Shown: positions 1-13,530 of the stretch, piece after piece
Layout of the letters: the number at the start of each line of letters is the position of its first letter
Position numbering within the stretch: position 1 is the stretch's first letter
Assembly: GCF_006345805.1 (NCBI RefSeq)
Contig: NC_043014.1
Coordinates: 35,712,001 to 35,776,000 of the forward strand
DNA from: Octopus sinensis
Lineage: Eukaryota
Reading direction: 5' to 3'
DNA length: 64,000 bases
The notes under the pieces: generated by a model
Told to the model about the DNA's origin: nothing
The model's database searches: none
The model's input: the letters and a program-made list of their open reading frames with translations, nothing else
Made by a program: the position numbers and the translations under genes

Positions 1-131
1 ATATGATAACTGTAAATATGGGAACAGAGTTACGTAGAAAGAAATGTATAACGTAATACACACACAAATATACATAGATATAGACATCTAAATACACACA
101 CACATACACACACACACACTCAGACATATAC

Positions 132-207
<76 letters not shown>

Positions 208-211
<4 letters not shown>

Positions 212-386
212 ACAATCAAGGAACGGCCATAATAGGCCATTCACCCACTAGAAATAACAGCCAAAGCTTCAACCGCAAATAAAAATCAATTCCGTAAACC
301 AGGAGAAAATTTAAAAAACATTTACCCTGTAATTACAGGGTAAATGTGGGTGAATGGCCTATTATGGCCGTTCCTTGATTGTTGAT
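208..386. repeat. Small inverted-repeat (MITE/foldback-like) element with 41-bp perfect arms and an internal 30-bp palindrome
   Basis: 208-248 atcaacaatcaaggaacggccataataggccattcacccac is the exact reverse complement of 346-386; 318-347 acatttaccctgtaattacagggtaaatgt is a perfect palindrome. Confidence 0.75.
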
Positions 387-492
387 GTTGAACTTAAAAA
401 TGGTCTATGACTATTTAATTTTTTCCCACTAGGCCGCTGGTGGCAAAAAAATTCTACAAAATTTTTTGCCACCCTATATTGATTAATTATGA

Positions 493-551
<59 letters not shown>

Positions 552-891
552 TAGATAGATAGATAGATATGTATGTATGTAGGTCATTTTTTGCCAAATA
601 AACACACGCACTATATATTCGTTCTTCGGTCGTTTATTACTGTTCTTATTCTTACTCATGTCCATTGTCCAGAAATCTTTCATTACACATCTGTGACCTC
701 CTCAGCGATACCTTCCTTCTTCGTGCGTGCTTTTGCTTTGCTTATTCCATTCTCACGTATATGGAATAAGCAGAGCAATATTTATTCATTTTATTCTATT
801 ATATTTACTATATTTTATTTACTTTATTTTATTACATAATTATTTTCCCATAAAGATATAATAATATTTCTATTATTCATATTATTCATAT

Positions 892-953
<62 letters not shown>

Positions 954-2000
954 GTCGTTATTCTACCAATTATATACGTTTTTGTTATTTTTTTCTTGCA
1001 ATTTACTTAATTATTGATATTTTATTGTTATTTTAATTTAAATATTTCTATTATATGTAATTTTCTAAATGGTGTAATTTAATTGATCATTTTGAATTGA
1101 TAAAAGGTGTTTTTTTTTCTAATTTATATATATATTATATTGTGTGAAATTTGATTTAGTATTTCTAAATTAATTTTTTTCCCCTGTAAGTTTGGATTAA
1201 TATTCCCTCAAATAATTATTATATATATATATATATTTCGCTTATGGATTTGGTTTGCAAGAATCTTTATGTGAGTTCGTGTGTTGAAGCATATTCTGTT
1301 GTATCTGGGGAGAGTCATTTTCTTTTTGTGCCTTATAACTGAACACACTCACCGGTAAAATTTCCACTTATTTCTTATCTTTATTTTCCTAAAACTTTCG
1401 TTGCGTCTTGCAACCTTCTCAATAGTCTTGACTCATATATATTTTAAATAAGTTTTCTGTATTTTATTTTATTTTTATTTTTACGTACTTGATTTATTAC
1501 CTTACCAAATACATATACACAGTATACATGAAATAACATGTTAAACTCCATTAGTTGTGGATTTGAATTTCTTTAAGAAAGATGTAACCATTGTTGAAAG
1601 ATGTAACCATTGTTATTATTAAAACAAAATCCCTGAAGAGATTCTACCACTCACAGCTTAAATTCTTAACACTGGATCTAATACAAATGCTTTGAATAAT
1701 GCATTACCAAGAGACAGAATCGAAATATATGTAGGTATTTTTGAGTCTTCTATTGTGTTTTTAAAAGAAATTTTTGTATCTATATCTTAAAAACAAACTA
1801 TGATACAAATAAATTAACTATACATTCTCAACTCTCCATTTTTTTTACATTATTTATTTTACCTATTATGATAATCCATAACGCATCGTAGAAATTTTCT
1901 TCTAATGTAATGGAGATTAAGCCAATGAAATTTTGGATTTATTAATCTCTAATGAAGATAGGATGTCCTTGAATTGACTACATATATATATAGATATACT

Positions 2001-2295
2001 CTTTAGTTACTCATCATAGGCGAGTGAACTAACGTAGGTAAAAATAGGTGTAGTTTCTACCTGCACAATGAAACCACAAAATAAAAAAGTTTATATATTA
2101 TTTATATTATACATATATATATATACATATATATTAAACAGGCTGCGTTAGTGTCAGAGAGACACGCATAAGCACTCGAAGAAATACATACACACATACA
2201 CATACATATATATATATATATATATACAAACACACACACACAAAATATATTATATATATATATATATATTACATATATATATATATATATATAAT

Positions 2296-2342
<47 letters not shown>

Positions 2343-2602
2343 CTCACGTATTCATACAGAAAGAGGATCGCCAACGAGACATAAAGGACTCCTAGCGTTA
2401 TTATAAATGAAGCATCTACGTATTATTTTCTTTGGAAAACAGTCTCTAGAGACGTTTCCTGTTTTCTTTGCCATTTGGGCATGAAATTTTACAATATTTC
2501 CAGAATACACTTTAGTTACTCATCATAGGCGAGCGAACCACCGTAGGTAGAAATAGGTATAGTTTCTATCTGCGCAATGAAACCACAAAATACAAAAAAG
2601 TT
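2001..2602 (+). repeat. Pair of ~92-bp direct repeats (2001-2092 and 2510-2602)
   Basis: Both read ctttagttactcatcataggcgag...gtaggta.aaataggt.tagtttcta.ctgc.caatgaaaccacaaaata with a few substitutions. Confidence 0.8.
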
Positions 2603-2749
2603 TAACGGATAGAATGCTATATGAAATATGATAAAACCCATTCTGACAGTGAGACATGTCATAATCGGCTCCACCTTGTGACTGTAAGTTGTGTGTGTGT
2701 GCGTGTGTATGTGTGTGTGTGGTGTGTGTGCGTGTGTATGTGTGTGTGT

Positions 2750-2813
<64 letters not shown>

Positions 2814-3211
2814 CTGTATTGCATTTTGTGGAACGATAACGACGTTGGATACGGTTTTCCAACGAGTCATTCAATGGTTCACTTCATTTCTGATGGAGTG
2901 AATCAGAGAATGGAGACAAGGGAGTGTCTGTAACTCAATGCGGAACAAATATCATAACGATCTTCGTTCGTAAATCATCTGTACCTTTTTTCGTTTTAAC
3001 ATAGGTGTTGATATCCTTTGCAGATATAGATCAGCGGAAAATATATCTACGTGTGCATGTGTATGAGCGTATGTGTATGTGAGTGTGTGTGTCTGTGTGT
3101 TTATATGTGTATGAGTATGTATGTATTTGTGTGTGTGTCTGTGCATACATGCATGCAAAACAACATATTTCTATCTATAGCAGCATTTCCCAGAAGTACT
3201 GAAATCGATAT

Positions 3212-3527
3212 GTGGAGGCGCAATGGCCCAGTGGTTAGGGCAGCGGACTCGCGATCGTAGGATCGCGATTTCGATTCCCACAACGGGCGTTGTGGGTGTT
3301 TATTGAGCGAAAACACCTAAAGCTCCACGAGGTTCCGGCAGGGGCTGGTGGTGATCCCTGCTGTACTCTTTCGCCGCAACTTTCTCTCACTCTTTCTTCT
3401 GTTGGCCTGCTTGCTTAGCCAGGGAGGTGAAGTCATTTGAAGGCTAAAAAAACAATGCGAAGCGCATTGTGACCAGCGATGTGTAGCAACATCTGATAGC
3501 CTTGTCGGTCACGTGATCACCTGATCA
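3212..3527 (+). mobile_element. tRNA-derived SINE (working name SINE-C)
   Basis: Head ggcgcaatggcccagtggttagggcagcggactc...tttcgattccc has Pol III A/B-box-like motifs; related copies on the minus strand at ~15600-15913 and ~28300-28606. Confidence 0.8.
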
Positions 3528-3919
3528 CTGAAATCTATATAAATATTAGAAAGCCTTTCACTGTGATAAATGTCTATATAAGAATGTAAACCTATTTTTT
3601 TTATTTGCTTCCCTAGCGGGGAAAAAGCGATCGAGACTCCTGACGAACTCGTTCACGATTTATTGGGTGCTCCCCAGAGTAAGTTGATTATATCGCCCCC
3701 AGTACTTGGCTGTTCCTTTATTTTATCGACACCGAAAAGCTGAAAGACAAAGTTAATCTGAGTATTATTTGAAATCAGAAGGTAAAGAGCCGGAAGAAAT
3801 GCATTTTCCCCGATGCGCTAACGACTCTGCTAACTCGCCACCCTAATAATAATAATACTGATGATGATGACGATGAAGATGATGATGACGATGATGATGA
3901 CGTTGATGATGATGATAAA

Positions 3920-3958
<39 letters not shown>

Positions 3959-3994
3959 CCTCTCAACTATAGGCACAAGGCTATGAATCTGATG

Positions 3995-4152
3995 GAAGGT
4001 GTAAGCCGATTAAATTGACCCAAGTGCTCAACTGTTACTTATTTTATCGACTCCGAAAGGATGAAAGGCCGATTCCCAGGCGGAATTTGTACTCAGAACG
4101 TAAAAACGGATAAAATGCTTGCGAGCTAACGGTCCTGCCAGCTCGCCGCCTT
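3995..4152 (-). mobile_element. SINE-B copy, internally deleted
   Basis: Reverse complement matches ggcggcgagctggcag..cgttag and cctttcatcctttcggagtcgataaaataag of the copies at 56390 and 59337. Confidence 0.75.
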
Positions 4153-4233
4153 TGTAATGATAAGAAGATGAAGAAGAAGGAAATAGCCGTTTGAACAAAC
4201 TTAATAAAGACAAAGGTTGGCAAAACTCAGCCA

Positions 4234-4530
4234 GTGAGCCATTGCGAAATCTGTGGAAAAGGAGACAAAAGTATTAACCATCTCTCAGGTGAATTCAGTA
4301 AGCTGGCACAAAAAGAGTATCAACGCAGGCATGTCTGCGTCAGTAGCCAAGTTCGTGGATTCAAAGTAACGGAAAATATATATAAATACAAGCCAGTGGC
4401 TGTAACGGTGAGTGATAACTGCAGGATTTTGTGGCATTTCTTCAAAAATTCTAACCATACTGTTGAAGTAAGGAGACCAGATATGATAGTAGAGGACAAA
4501 GAAGGTCAAACACTTTGCAATACCATATGA
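4234..4530 (+). mobile_element. R4/Dong-clade non-LTR retrotransposon remnant (zinc knuckle + start of REL endonuclease)
   Basis: Peptide CEICGKGDKSINHLSG..KLAQKEYQRRH...ILWHF...RRPDMIVEDK fits the R4-clade CxxC..H...LAQxEYxRRH...ILWD...RPDIV pattern. Confidence 0.8.
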
Positions 4531-4548
4531 TCGCAGAATGATAGTAGA

Positions 4549-4680
4549 GCCGAGGTCGACTATGCCTTTCATCCTTTTAGGGACGATAAATAAAGTACCC
4601 TTCAAGTACTGGGGTCGATGTAATCGACTTACCCTTCCCCCAAAGTTTCAGGTCTTGTACTGATGATAGAAAGGAATATC
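4549..4680 (+). mobile_element. SINE-B 3' half (alternative tail variant)
   Basis: gccgaggtcgactatgcctttcatcctttt...ctggggtcgatgtaatcgactt matches the family body. Confidence 0.75.
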
Positions 4681-4843
4681 ATTATCATTATTATTATCTG
4701 ACAAGCAAATCCGTGGTATTGAGCAGAATATTTGCTGTAGCCCATCTTTTATACCAAGACAAAACAATGTACATGATAACGCTTCCAATCAGTTAAGATC
4801 AGAAGCCACGAGAGCCACTGCCTGGTATTGCATCATGGCAAAT

Positions 4844-4890
<47 letters not shown>

Positions 4891-6368
4891 GTAGTAGTAG
4901 TAGTAGTAGTAGTAGTAGCAGTAGTAGCGTCTGTTTGAATTACCGGTACAATCCGCCCGACAGGGTGCTTTAACTTTCCAGCTACCCAGTTTTACTCACA
5001 TGTGGTTCGCGAACAAACGTAGATACTCTCTCGATCTTTCCATCGCTTTTACACACACACACACACACACAGACACACACACACACACACACAGCGGGAG
5101 TCGTCTGTTATAGTCATAGATAGTATTATCAACCGTTCATTGTTATTGAAAAGGCTTCGTCCCAAAGTATACATAATAAGCGACTTCCACGCTTTATGCG
5201 AGTTTGTTTTGCGCGTGCGCGTTACTACATATGTCCTTATGTGTGCGTGTGCTTGTGCGTGTGTGTGTGTATGTGTATGTGCGTGTGTGTGCCTATATAT
5301 ATGTGTGTGTGCACCACTGAAGTATATGTATCACTTAAGTATAAAGGATCTAGACATCTAGGAAATCAAATAAGAAAAATAGTTTTCAAATGAAGTCCCT
5401 TGACATATTTGCTCTGCATCAAGTTACAGACACATCCTTGCCACTCTCGCCATTAGGAAAGTAGCGAACCAATGACTGGTAAGTTCGGGAACCTGTGATA
5501 TAATTATTCACCAAATGCTATAAAAAGCATAAGAGTATACTATCTTCTTAATACATTTAGGCTTGTTTTCATTATCTTTATTATTAATTTTTTGTTTCAT
5601 TTCCTAATATCTCATTCCTTAAGAATTCCTAGCCAGAGTCTCTACTATTTCCTCATTATAATTATATTTATCTATTTATTAATTTTTGATATTTCCTGTA
5701 AACTTTTCGGCTGTCTTCTCTACACGATACTTAACTAGAGTATAACACATGAAATACACAGTATATTCTCATAATACATTGATGTATCATATTTTGACTA
5801 CGCATTGAATTTATGGCAGTTTCTATTTCTGAGTTTCAGGATTCTCCTTAATATTTATTGAGACTCTTTCTGCTTGTCGATATCCATCTATGTATACAGA
5901 CAGAAATAGAAAGGCCGGCATACTCATATGCGTGGATATATGTATACTTACGCTCACATTACGTTCATACATACATACATACATACATACATACATACAT
6001 ACATACATACATACATACATACATACATACATACATACATACACGTGTGCATGCATACGTGTATGTATGCATGTATGGTTTATGAATACATACATATGCA
6101 CACAAACATATATGCTAAGATAGCTAGATAAATAGATTGATAGATAGATACATACACTACATACATATAAATATACATACATACGTGCATATATACATAT
6201 ATACATACACACACATACGCACGTAAATACATACATGCATACACATACATACGTACGTACGTACATACATATATACATACATGCATACATACATACATAC
6301 ATATGTCCATATGAGGCTATGTATGATCATACCTGCACGATATTGAGTGTTGAACACATTTCGCTTCA

Positions 6369-6627
6369 CAGTAATCCCTCACCATATCGCGGTTCACTTA
6401 TCGCGGTTCACCTATCGCTGATCACCTATCGCAGGTCACCTGTCGCGGTTTATCATTTAAGCTTACGTCGATTCCTTTGTGGTGTTTTTTGCATTTATAA
6501 TAAAATTAAGATATACAAAATACAAAAATGATTAAAAAATATATACAGTACTGTTTCTATTTCGGGGGTTTTCCCTTGTCGCAGAGGGGTTTGGAACGCA
6601 GCACCCGCGATAGTCGAGGGATTACTG
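6369..6627. mobile_element. pogo/Tigger-like MITE with five 14-bp subterminal repeats
   Basis: TIRs cagtaatccctc... (6369) and ...gagggattactg (6627); TA on the right, CA (mutated TA?) on the left; tatcgcggttcacy-like unit repeated 5 times just inside the left TIR. Confidence 0.8.
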
Positions 6628-7099
6628 TATATACGTGTGACTGTGTTTTTATGAATATATACGCATACATGTTTTCATCTCTTTCTCCCCACCTCTCTCT
6701 ACCTGTTTCTCTCTTTCCCTCTCACTACATACTCACACAGACACATACATACACACTCTCACTCACACTCACACACACACACACACTCACACACACAAAT
6801 ATATACTTGATTTGCCTTTTGTTTATTTTTGTCCATCAAATTTAATGATGACGATCTCCAATTTTCGATTTTTTTGGTGACAGTTGATCACCATCACAAT
6901 TCTTGTGTACACATGCAGATTTGGAGCGGACTTGTGAATGTTTGGCGGAGGAGACTAAGCAATAATCCGCAAATATGTCTCGTTTCTCCTGGTAATACCG
7001 AGAGTGTTTCTCTCCCATATCTTAAGTCCCTCTCCAATAGTCGGCATCATCATATATCGTATGCTTGCAGCTCGTTGATGGCACCACAACAAAAGTCTT

Positions 7100-7750
7100 C
7101 CCGATCAAGCGCGAGTTCTCTAGCTGCCTTGCTACTTTTGTCCAACCTGCTCGGGAAATTGATCGTCCGTTGCGTTCTTAGCCTGCCTCTTGATTATCTA
7201 CCCTTTTCCATTTTCTTCCTTTCATTATAATGTTTTCCTGATATTTTCTCCTTAGAATATGGTCATAACAGACGAGCTTTTGTGTTCACACAAAGTTAAA
7301 GAGTTGTCATCTTTCACCTACTTGCTGTAACACTCATTCATTTGTCCGATAAACCTTGTAAGAGACTCGTAACATTCTCCGATACGCTCACATTTCAAAT
7401 GCATTTATTATGCTCTCTTCAAACTTATTCAGAGTCTATGCTTCGCAACTTTAAATGCCTATTGACCAAATGAGCGCTCACAGTTAGTTGGGATACTATT
7501 CCAGATGTTAAGCTTTTCTATGGAGGTTGTCATGACTAGTAGTGTTCTAATTTCTTTCTAACATGCGGCTTCGTCAGAGGCATGGGCTCCAAGATACTTG
7601 CACGATTAAACTTTTTCGAGCCTTTCATTACCCAGTTTGATGTTAACATTTATCTCTCTTTTCCTACAACCATGACTTTTGTTTTCTTATGGTTGAGATA
7701 AAGACCTATCATTTCTCGTTGTCCTGATCCAATCTCGGCAAGCAGAGATT
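7100..7750 (-). mobile_element. RTE-clade LINE remnant (RT C-terminal region), many stops and frameshifts
   Basis: Manual minus-strand translation gives GLYLNHKKTKVMV, KYLG, KEIR, INAFEM*AYRRMLRVS, RTNE*VLQQVG, HILRR and RGR, all typical RTE ORF motifs. Confidence 0.75.
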
Positions 7751-8789
7751 AGATTAGAAGCAGAGATTAGATTAGAAATATGCAAGCCATATATTTTGAT
7801 ACCATCTTTTTCTTACATAATTTTTCTTACATAATTTTGATATCATCTTTTTCTCACATAAGCATTTCAAGTGATCCCAGTGAGAACTCCTTCGTTGACC
7901 TGTAATTTCAGAAGAGGCTACAGCGATAGTTGTAAGAAATATGAAATCTATATCTAACCTTGGTCGCTCGCACTCCAGCATAGTGTTTAAGATTAATAAA
8001 AATTATTTACGCTTATGTATGTTACGCTGTATGTTAGCTTGGAAAAGATAACATTTTTAGAGAGGTGTTGTACTGATATTTTGGGATGTTGAGGATATCT
8101 GATGCTTGGCTGGGCATGTAAAAGCAGAGAGCGTGAGTATTTGAGTTTGCTGCAACAAATAACTGGGCCCTTCACATGTCCAAATGATCTTTCATTTGTA
8201 GTAATTTTGTTTCGTTAGTGGTGACGGTAGTCTTTATGGTTTGTGTTCTTTGCAGTTCATTCTCGTTGTCCTTATTGTTTAACTCTAAATAGGTCTGATC
8301 AACCAGAACTACGATAAAAGTCTTTCTAGCTTCGATCATCCCTTCATTTTTATCTATTCGGTAGTACATTACCTGATGTGTTTTTAATTTTGTAGATCGA
8401 GAAAAGTGTTTTGTCCAACTATTTCTGAGGTGGTTTGTTCGGCCGTTTCTTGTAGGTCGAGCGATTTCGTATATAATCCTATTCGGATCGTCGCTTATTG
8501 TGGTTTACTGTGGAGAGATTGGAGATCGAGAAGAAGATCAAGAAGTGCTTATATAATCCATGATTATTTGCTGCTTATACAACTATGTTGGTCTAATGAA
8601 GTACTTGTCAATGCTCCAAATGTGTCATTTGCTTTATTTCATAAACAATATAAATGTAGAGTCGTATGTAACTACAAATATGTTGTATTCTCTGTGTGTG
8701 TGCGCGTGTGTGTGTGTGTGCGTGTGTGTGTGTATAAGCGCGTGTGTAATACGTTTATCTCGTCGAGTATATGATATTCTCTAATGTAG

Positions 8790-9110
8790 CTGGCTAGAGA
8801 GAAGACAGTGAGTTTGATAGGTGTTACAAGTCGGTCGTTTTGCAGCCAAGTTTCTTGCAGCCAACTTGATGTCGTGTTGGAGGTGCTGTGCATCTATGTC
8901 TGGTGCATCTATGTCTGCATGACTAGGATGTGATGTCATCTGCATTTGAGTTTTGTTTATGTGAGTTTTATGGAGACGTGAGAATATCGTATAGATATAG
9001 GTTAAAAAGCGTGGGTGATAGGACGCTTCCTTGTGGTAACATGGGAGATTATTTACCAGCAGCAGTTTTATCTTGTTCCGTAAGGAGATACCGAGTGTTT
9101 TGCGTACAAG
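8790..9110 (-). mobile_element. LINE reverse-transcriptase remnant (I/Jockey/CR1-like)
   Basis: Minus strand reads LPQGSVLSPTLFNLYLYDI...NADDIT, matching RT motifs PQGSxLSP and YADD. Confidence 0.7.
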
Positions 9111-10038
9111 AGAAAAGGAGTTGATACTTTGACTAATGCCAATGTTAATTAGAATGGTGTGTGTGTGCGTATGCGTGTGTATGCGTGAGTGATTGTAGTG
9201 TTTTGTTATTAGCACACGTAGTTTCGGGTGAAATTTTAATGTGTATTAAGTTGGTTGATTGTAATGACCTGAAATCGTGTTGTGAAACAAAACGCGTAAA
9301 TTGGTAATATAAAGAATGAGAAATTCTATGTTGTCTCCTTAAACGTTTTAATTATTTTTGTTATGGGTGTTTTCGTTTTGTTTTTTGTTCTTTTTTTTCA
9401 TATTTATTAACTCATTATGTTTATGATTGTTGCATGGGAAAGGTTAGTCATACAGCGACAGTAGGTGTGAGGCTTGGAGTTTCAGTTCGCTACAGCAAGA
9501 ACTAGGTCCTTCACATGTCTAAATGATCAGATACTCTTTCGGTTTTAGTAATTTTTGTTTTGTTGTGCTGTTGGCTTTGTGTCTGGAATCTGCGCGTAAC
9601 TTGTAATGATACGAGGTACAAGATTTTGTATTTATCCTTCTTCTTCTTCTTCTTCTTCTTCTTCTTCTTCTTCTTCTTCTTCTTCTTCTTCTTCTTCTTC
9701 TTGTTATTGTGCGTGCGTACATTGACGTTTCAAAAGGTCGTCTCGACCTGTTCGACATCATATTCTGAAAACGATGTATATGGATAGTGGTATATATTTG
9801 TTGCGCTTTGTGCTCTGTAACAGGATGAAGAATATTATACTGCAATTAATATCCTCTTCTTCCCCCACCTCCTCCTCCTCATCCTCCTCCTTCTCGTCGT
9901 CATCGTCGTCGTCATTATCATCATCATCATCACCACGGATTAAATAAACAAACATAAACAAACACGCACACATAAATTTATAAATACATGTGCATGCGTA
10001 TATATGTATACATGTAGAAATATACATCTACATACATG

Positions 10039-10070
<32 letters not shown>

Positions 10071-10105
10071 TATATATACAGACGCTTGTTTGTTTATATA
10101 TATAT

Positions 10106-10178
<73 letters not shown>

Positions 10179-10303
10179 TTATGTGTGTGTGCAGATAGGT
10201 TGATAACAAAAAAGAGAAAGAAAGAACAATAAACAGTTTTACCCGGGTATCGTCCAAGTCGGGTGGTTCCACATATCCACTCCAAATAATGGAATATCTA
10301 TGC

Positions 10304-10352
<49 letters not shown>

Positions 10353-10468
10353 CATATATATTAATATATATATAATATTATATATATATATATATACATA
10401 TATAATATATAAATATATATATACATATATATATATATTATACATATATACTTTTATATAATATATAT

Positions 10469-10519
<51 letters not shown>

Positions 10520-10630
10520 CACATATATACATGTATATATGTATATGTATGTTATATACACATATATACATGTATGTATATATTTATTTATATACATATA
10601 TATATATACATACATGTATATATGTGTATG

Positions 10631-10668
<38 letters not shown>

Positions 10669-11233
10669 TATGTATATATATATATTTATATACATACGTG
10701 TATATATATATATATGCATATATGTATGTATATATGTATATATGTATGTATGTATATATGTACGTGTATGTATGCATGCAAGTATGTATGTATGTATGTA
10801 TGTATGTATGTATGTATGCATGCAAGTATGTATGTATGTATGTATGTATGTATGTATGCATGCAAGTATGTATACGGCTATCATTGCCGTTGTTAGTATT
10901 GGGGGGTGGTCATTGAGTTGATGTTGTTTGTGTTGGTGTTTTTGTTGTGGGTGTCGTTGTTGTTCTTGGTGCTGCTGTTGCTGCTGCTCACAACGACGAC
11001 GATGCTGCTGCAGCTGATGATGATGATGACGATGATACTGTTTTCAGTAGGTGTTTCTGTTTGTTTGTTTGTTTGTTTTTGTTTTTGTTTTGTTTTTTTT
11101 TGTAATTTTGCAGTTATTTGTATTTGTTTACATTTGTTGCTGTTGCTATTATTGTTGTTTTTGTTTTCCAGTTGTTGTTGTTCATGTTTTTGTTTTATTG
11201 TTATTACTGATGCTGCCATTTGTAGTTACTGCT

Positions 11234-11268
<35 letters not shown>

Positions 11269-11584
11269 TGTAATTACAACTGCTATTGCTGTTGCTGATT
11301 CTGTTGCAGCGTCAATTTGCAGCCGATATAATTTTTAGCCAGACAACAAATAAGCTTCCATTTTACTCTCGAATGCGTTTCCAAAACTAATAGAACTCTC
11401 ATACACGCACGCATGTACACACACGCACGCATGTACACACACGCACGCACACACAAACACGCACACACACACACACACGCACACACAAACACTCGCGGAG
11501 AGATACACACACATGCACCCACCTACAATTACACAGAGATACAGACAGACAAAAACACAGACAGTCAGAAAGAATGAAAGTAAG

Positions 11585-11739
<155 letters not shown>

Positions 11740-11889
11740 TAGATAAAAACAGTCACAGAAATAGACAGATATGCAGACAGACAGGCTGTCAGATAGACAA
11801 ACAATCAGATATACAGACAAATAAATAGACAGACAGACAGATAGATAGATAGATAGATGGATGATAGATAGATAGATAGATAGAAATAG

Positions 11890-11947
<58 letters not shown>

Positions 11948-12069
11948 TAGATAGATAGATAGAATAGACAACAGATAGATAAAAACAGTCACAGAAATAG
12001 ACAGATATGCAGACAGACAGCTGTCAGATAGACAAACAATCAGATATACAGAAATAAAGACAGACAGAC

Positions 12070-12123
<54 letters not shown>

Positions 12124-12124
12124 A

Positions 12125-12161
<37 letters not shown>

Positions 12162-12606
12162 ACTTATCGTGTGCACACATACTCATACACATACATTGGC
12201 ACATATGCATATACACACACACTTAAACAGAAATAGATTTGCGCCCACATACACACGCGCACACACACTTACACACATCTGACACCACACACGTACACTT
12301 CCACATAAACATATACAAATATAAGCAAACTTACATTTACAGACAAGCACGCATATACTCATTGACATATACAAATACATAAATATATACACATTCCCAA
12401 ACACATTCTATGTAAAAATACATATACACGCACATACAGCTTAACCAACTAACCACGCCAAGCTCCCCAAAGAGCTCCAATGTTTGTGTATATTTAGGTA
12501 CGGTCTGCCATCTTTTCTGCGTCGACACACAGACAGCCGCCACTCGTTTGCATCGCCCGGTTAACATTTACTTCTCACGCAGGGACGAGCAAACATACGG
12601 TCTAGC

Positions 12607-13530
12607 AATGATGACGATGATGATGATGATGATGAAGACGGTGGTGATGGTGGTAATGGTGGTGACGGCGGTGATGGTTGTGGCGGCGGCGGTGGTGGTG
12701 ATGGTAATGATGGTTGTGGTAGTGGCGTTGTTGTTTGTTGTTGTTGTTGTTGTTGCTGCTGGTGATGGTGGTGGTGGTGGTGGTGGTGGTTTTGGTGGTG
12801 GTGTTGCTAGTGGTGGTGTGAGACGACGACAATAACGCAATAACGAAATATAGGAAGTTGGAGTGAGGGAGGGAAGTATAAGGAATTGAGAAGAGAAGGG
12901 GAGGAAGAGGAAGAGGAAAAGTAAGAGAAGAGGAAAAGGAGGAGAAGCGAATGGGGAGGAGGGGAGGGGGAGGAGGAGGAGGAAGGAAGGAAGGAAGGAA
13001 GGAAAGGAGAAGAAAAGAAGCGGAGAAGGAGGAGAAAGAGGAAGAGAAGGAGAAGAAGAAGGAGAAGTAGGAGGAAGAGGAAGGGGAAGAAAGGAAGGAG
13101 GAGGAAGAGGAAAAGGAAGAAGAGAAGGAAGAAAACGAGAAGGAAGGGGAAAAGGAGGAGAAAGAAAAGAAGGAGGGAAAAGAGAAGAAGGAAGAAAAGG
13201 AGGAGAAAGAGAAGGAGCATAGGAAAGTGAGGAACAGAAAACAGGGTGGGAAGAGAAGGTGTGAAAGGAGTAGAAATATGAAAAGGGGGAGAAAAAAGAG
13301 AAAAGAGTAGCAGGAAGAAGAGAAGGAGGAGGCGGAAGTGGAGAAGGAGGAGGCGGAGGCGGTGAAGGAGGATGAGGTAGGTAGAAGGAAAGAGGAATAG
13401 CAGAAGGAGGAGGAGAAAAAGAACAGGAGTAGGAAGACGAGTAAGAGGAGAAAAAGGAGGAGTAGGAAGAAGAGTAAGAGAAGGAGGAGAAAAGAAGAGG
13501 GAAAAGAGAGAGACAGAAGAGCAAAATCAG
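12607..13530 (+). repeat. Trinucleotide (ATG/GTG/TTG) tract followed by a ~690-bp near-pure polypurine tract
   Basis: ~12845-13530 is almost all A/G on the + strand; it accounts for the spurious S/F/P/L-rich ORFs. Confidence 0.9.

Noticed and set aside
1385-1430. Minus-strand gttgc-aagac-gcaac hairpin followed by GAAA
   Set aside because: The upstream core is ttgagaa rather than CUGANGA, and stems I and III are unconvincing.
3212-3290. tRNA-like sequence with A/B boxes (also at other SINE heads)
   Set aside because: It continues into a SINE body and lacks a proper acceptor stem, so it is a SINE head, not a tRNA gene.
9715-9775. Minus-strand hairpin aggtcg-aga-cgacct followed by GAAACGUC
   Set aside because: The core has several mismatches and there is no stem I; probably chance.
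11745-12100. ~235-bp local tandem duplication within (GATA)/(GACA)n
   Set aside because: It is real but is ordinary slippage or unequal exchange in microsatellite DNA.
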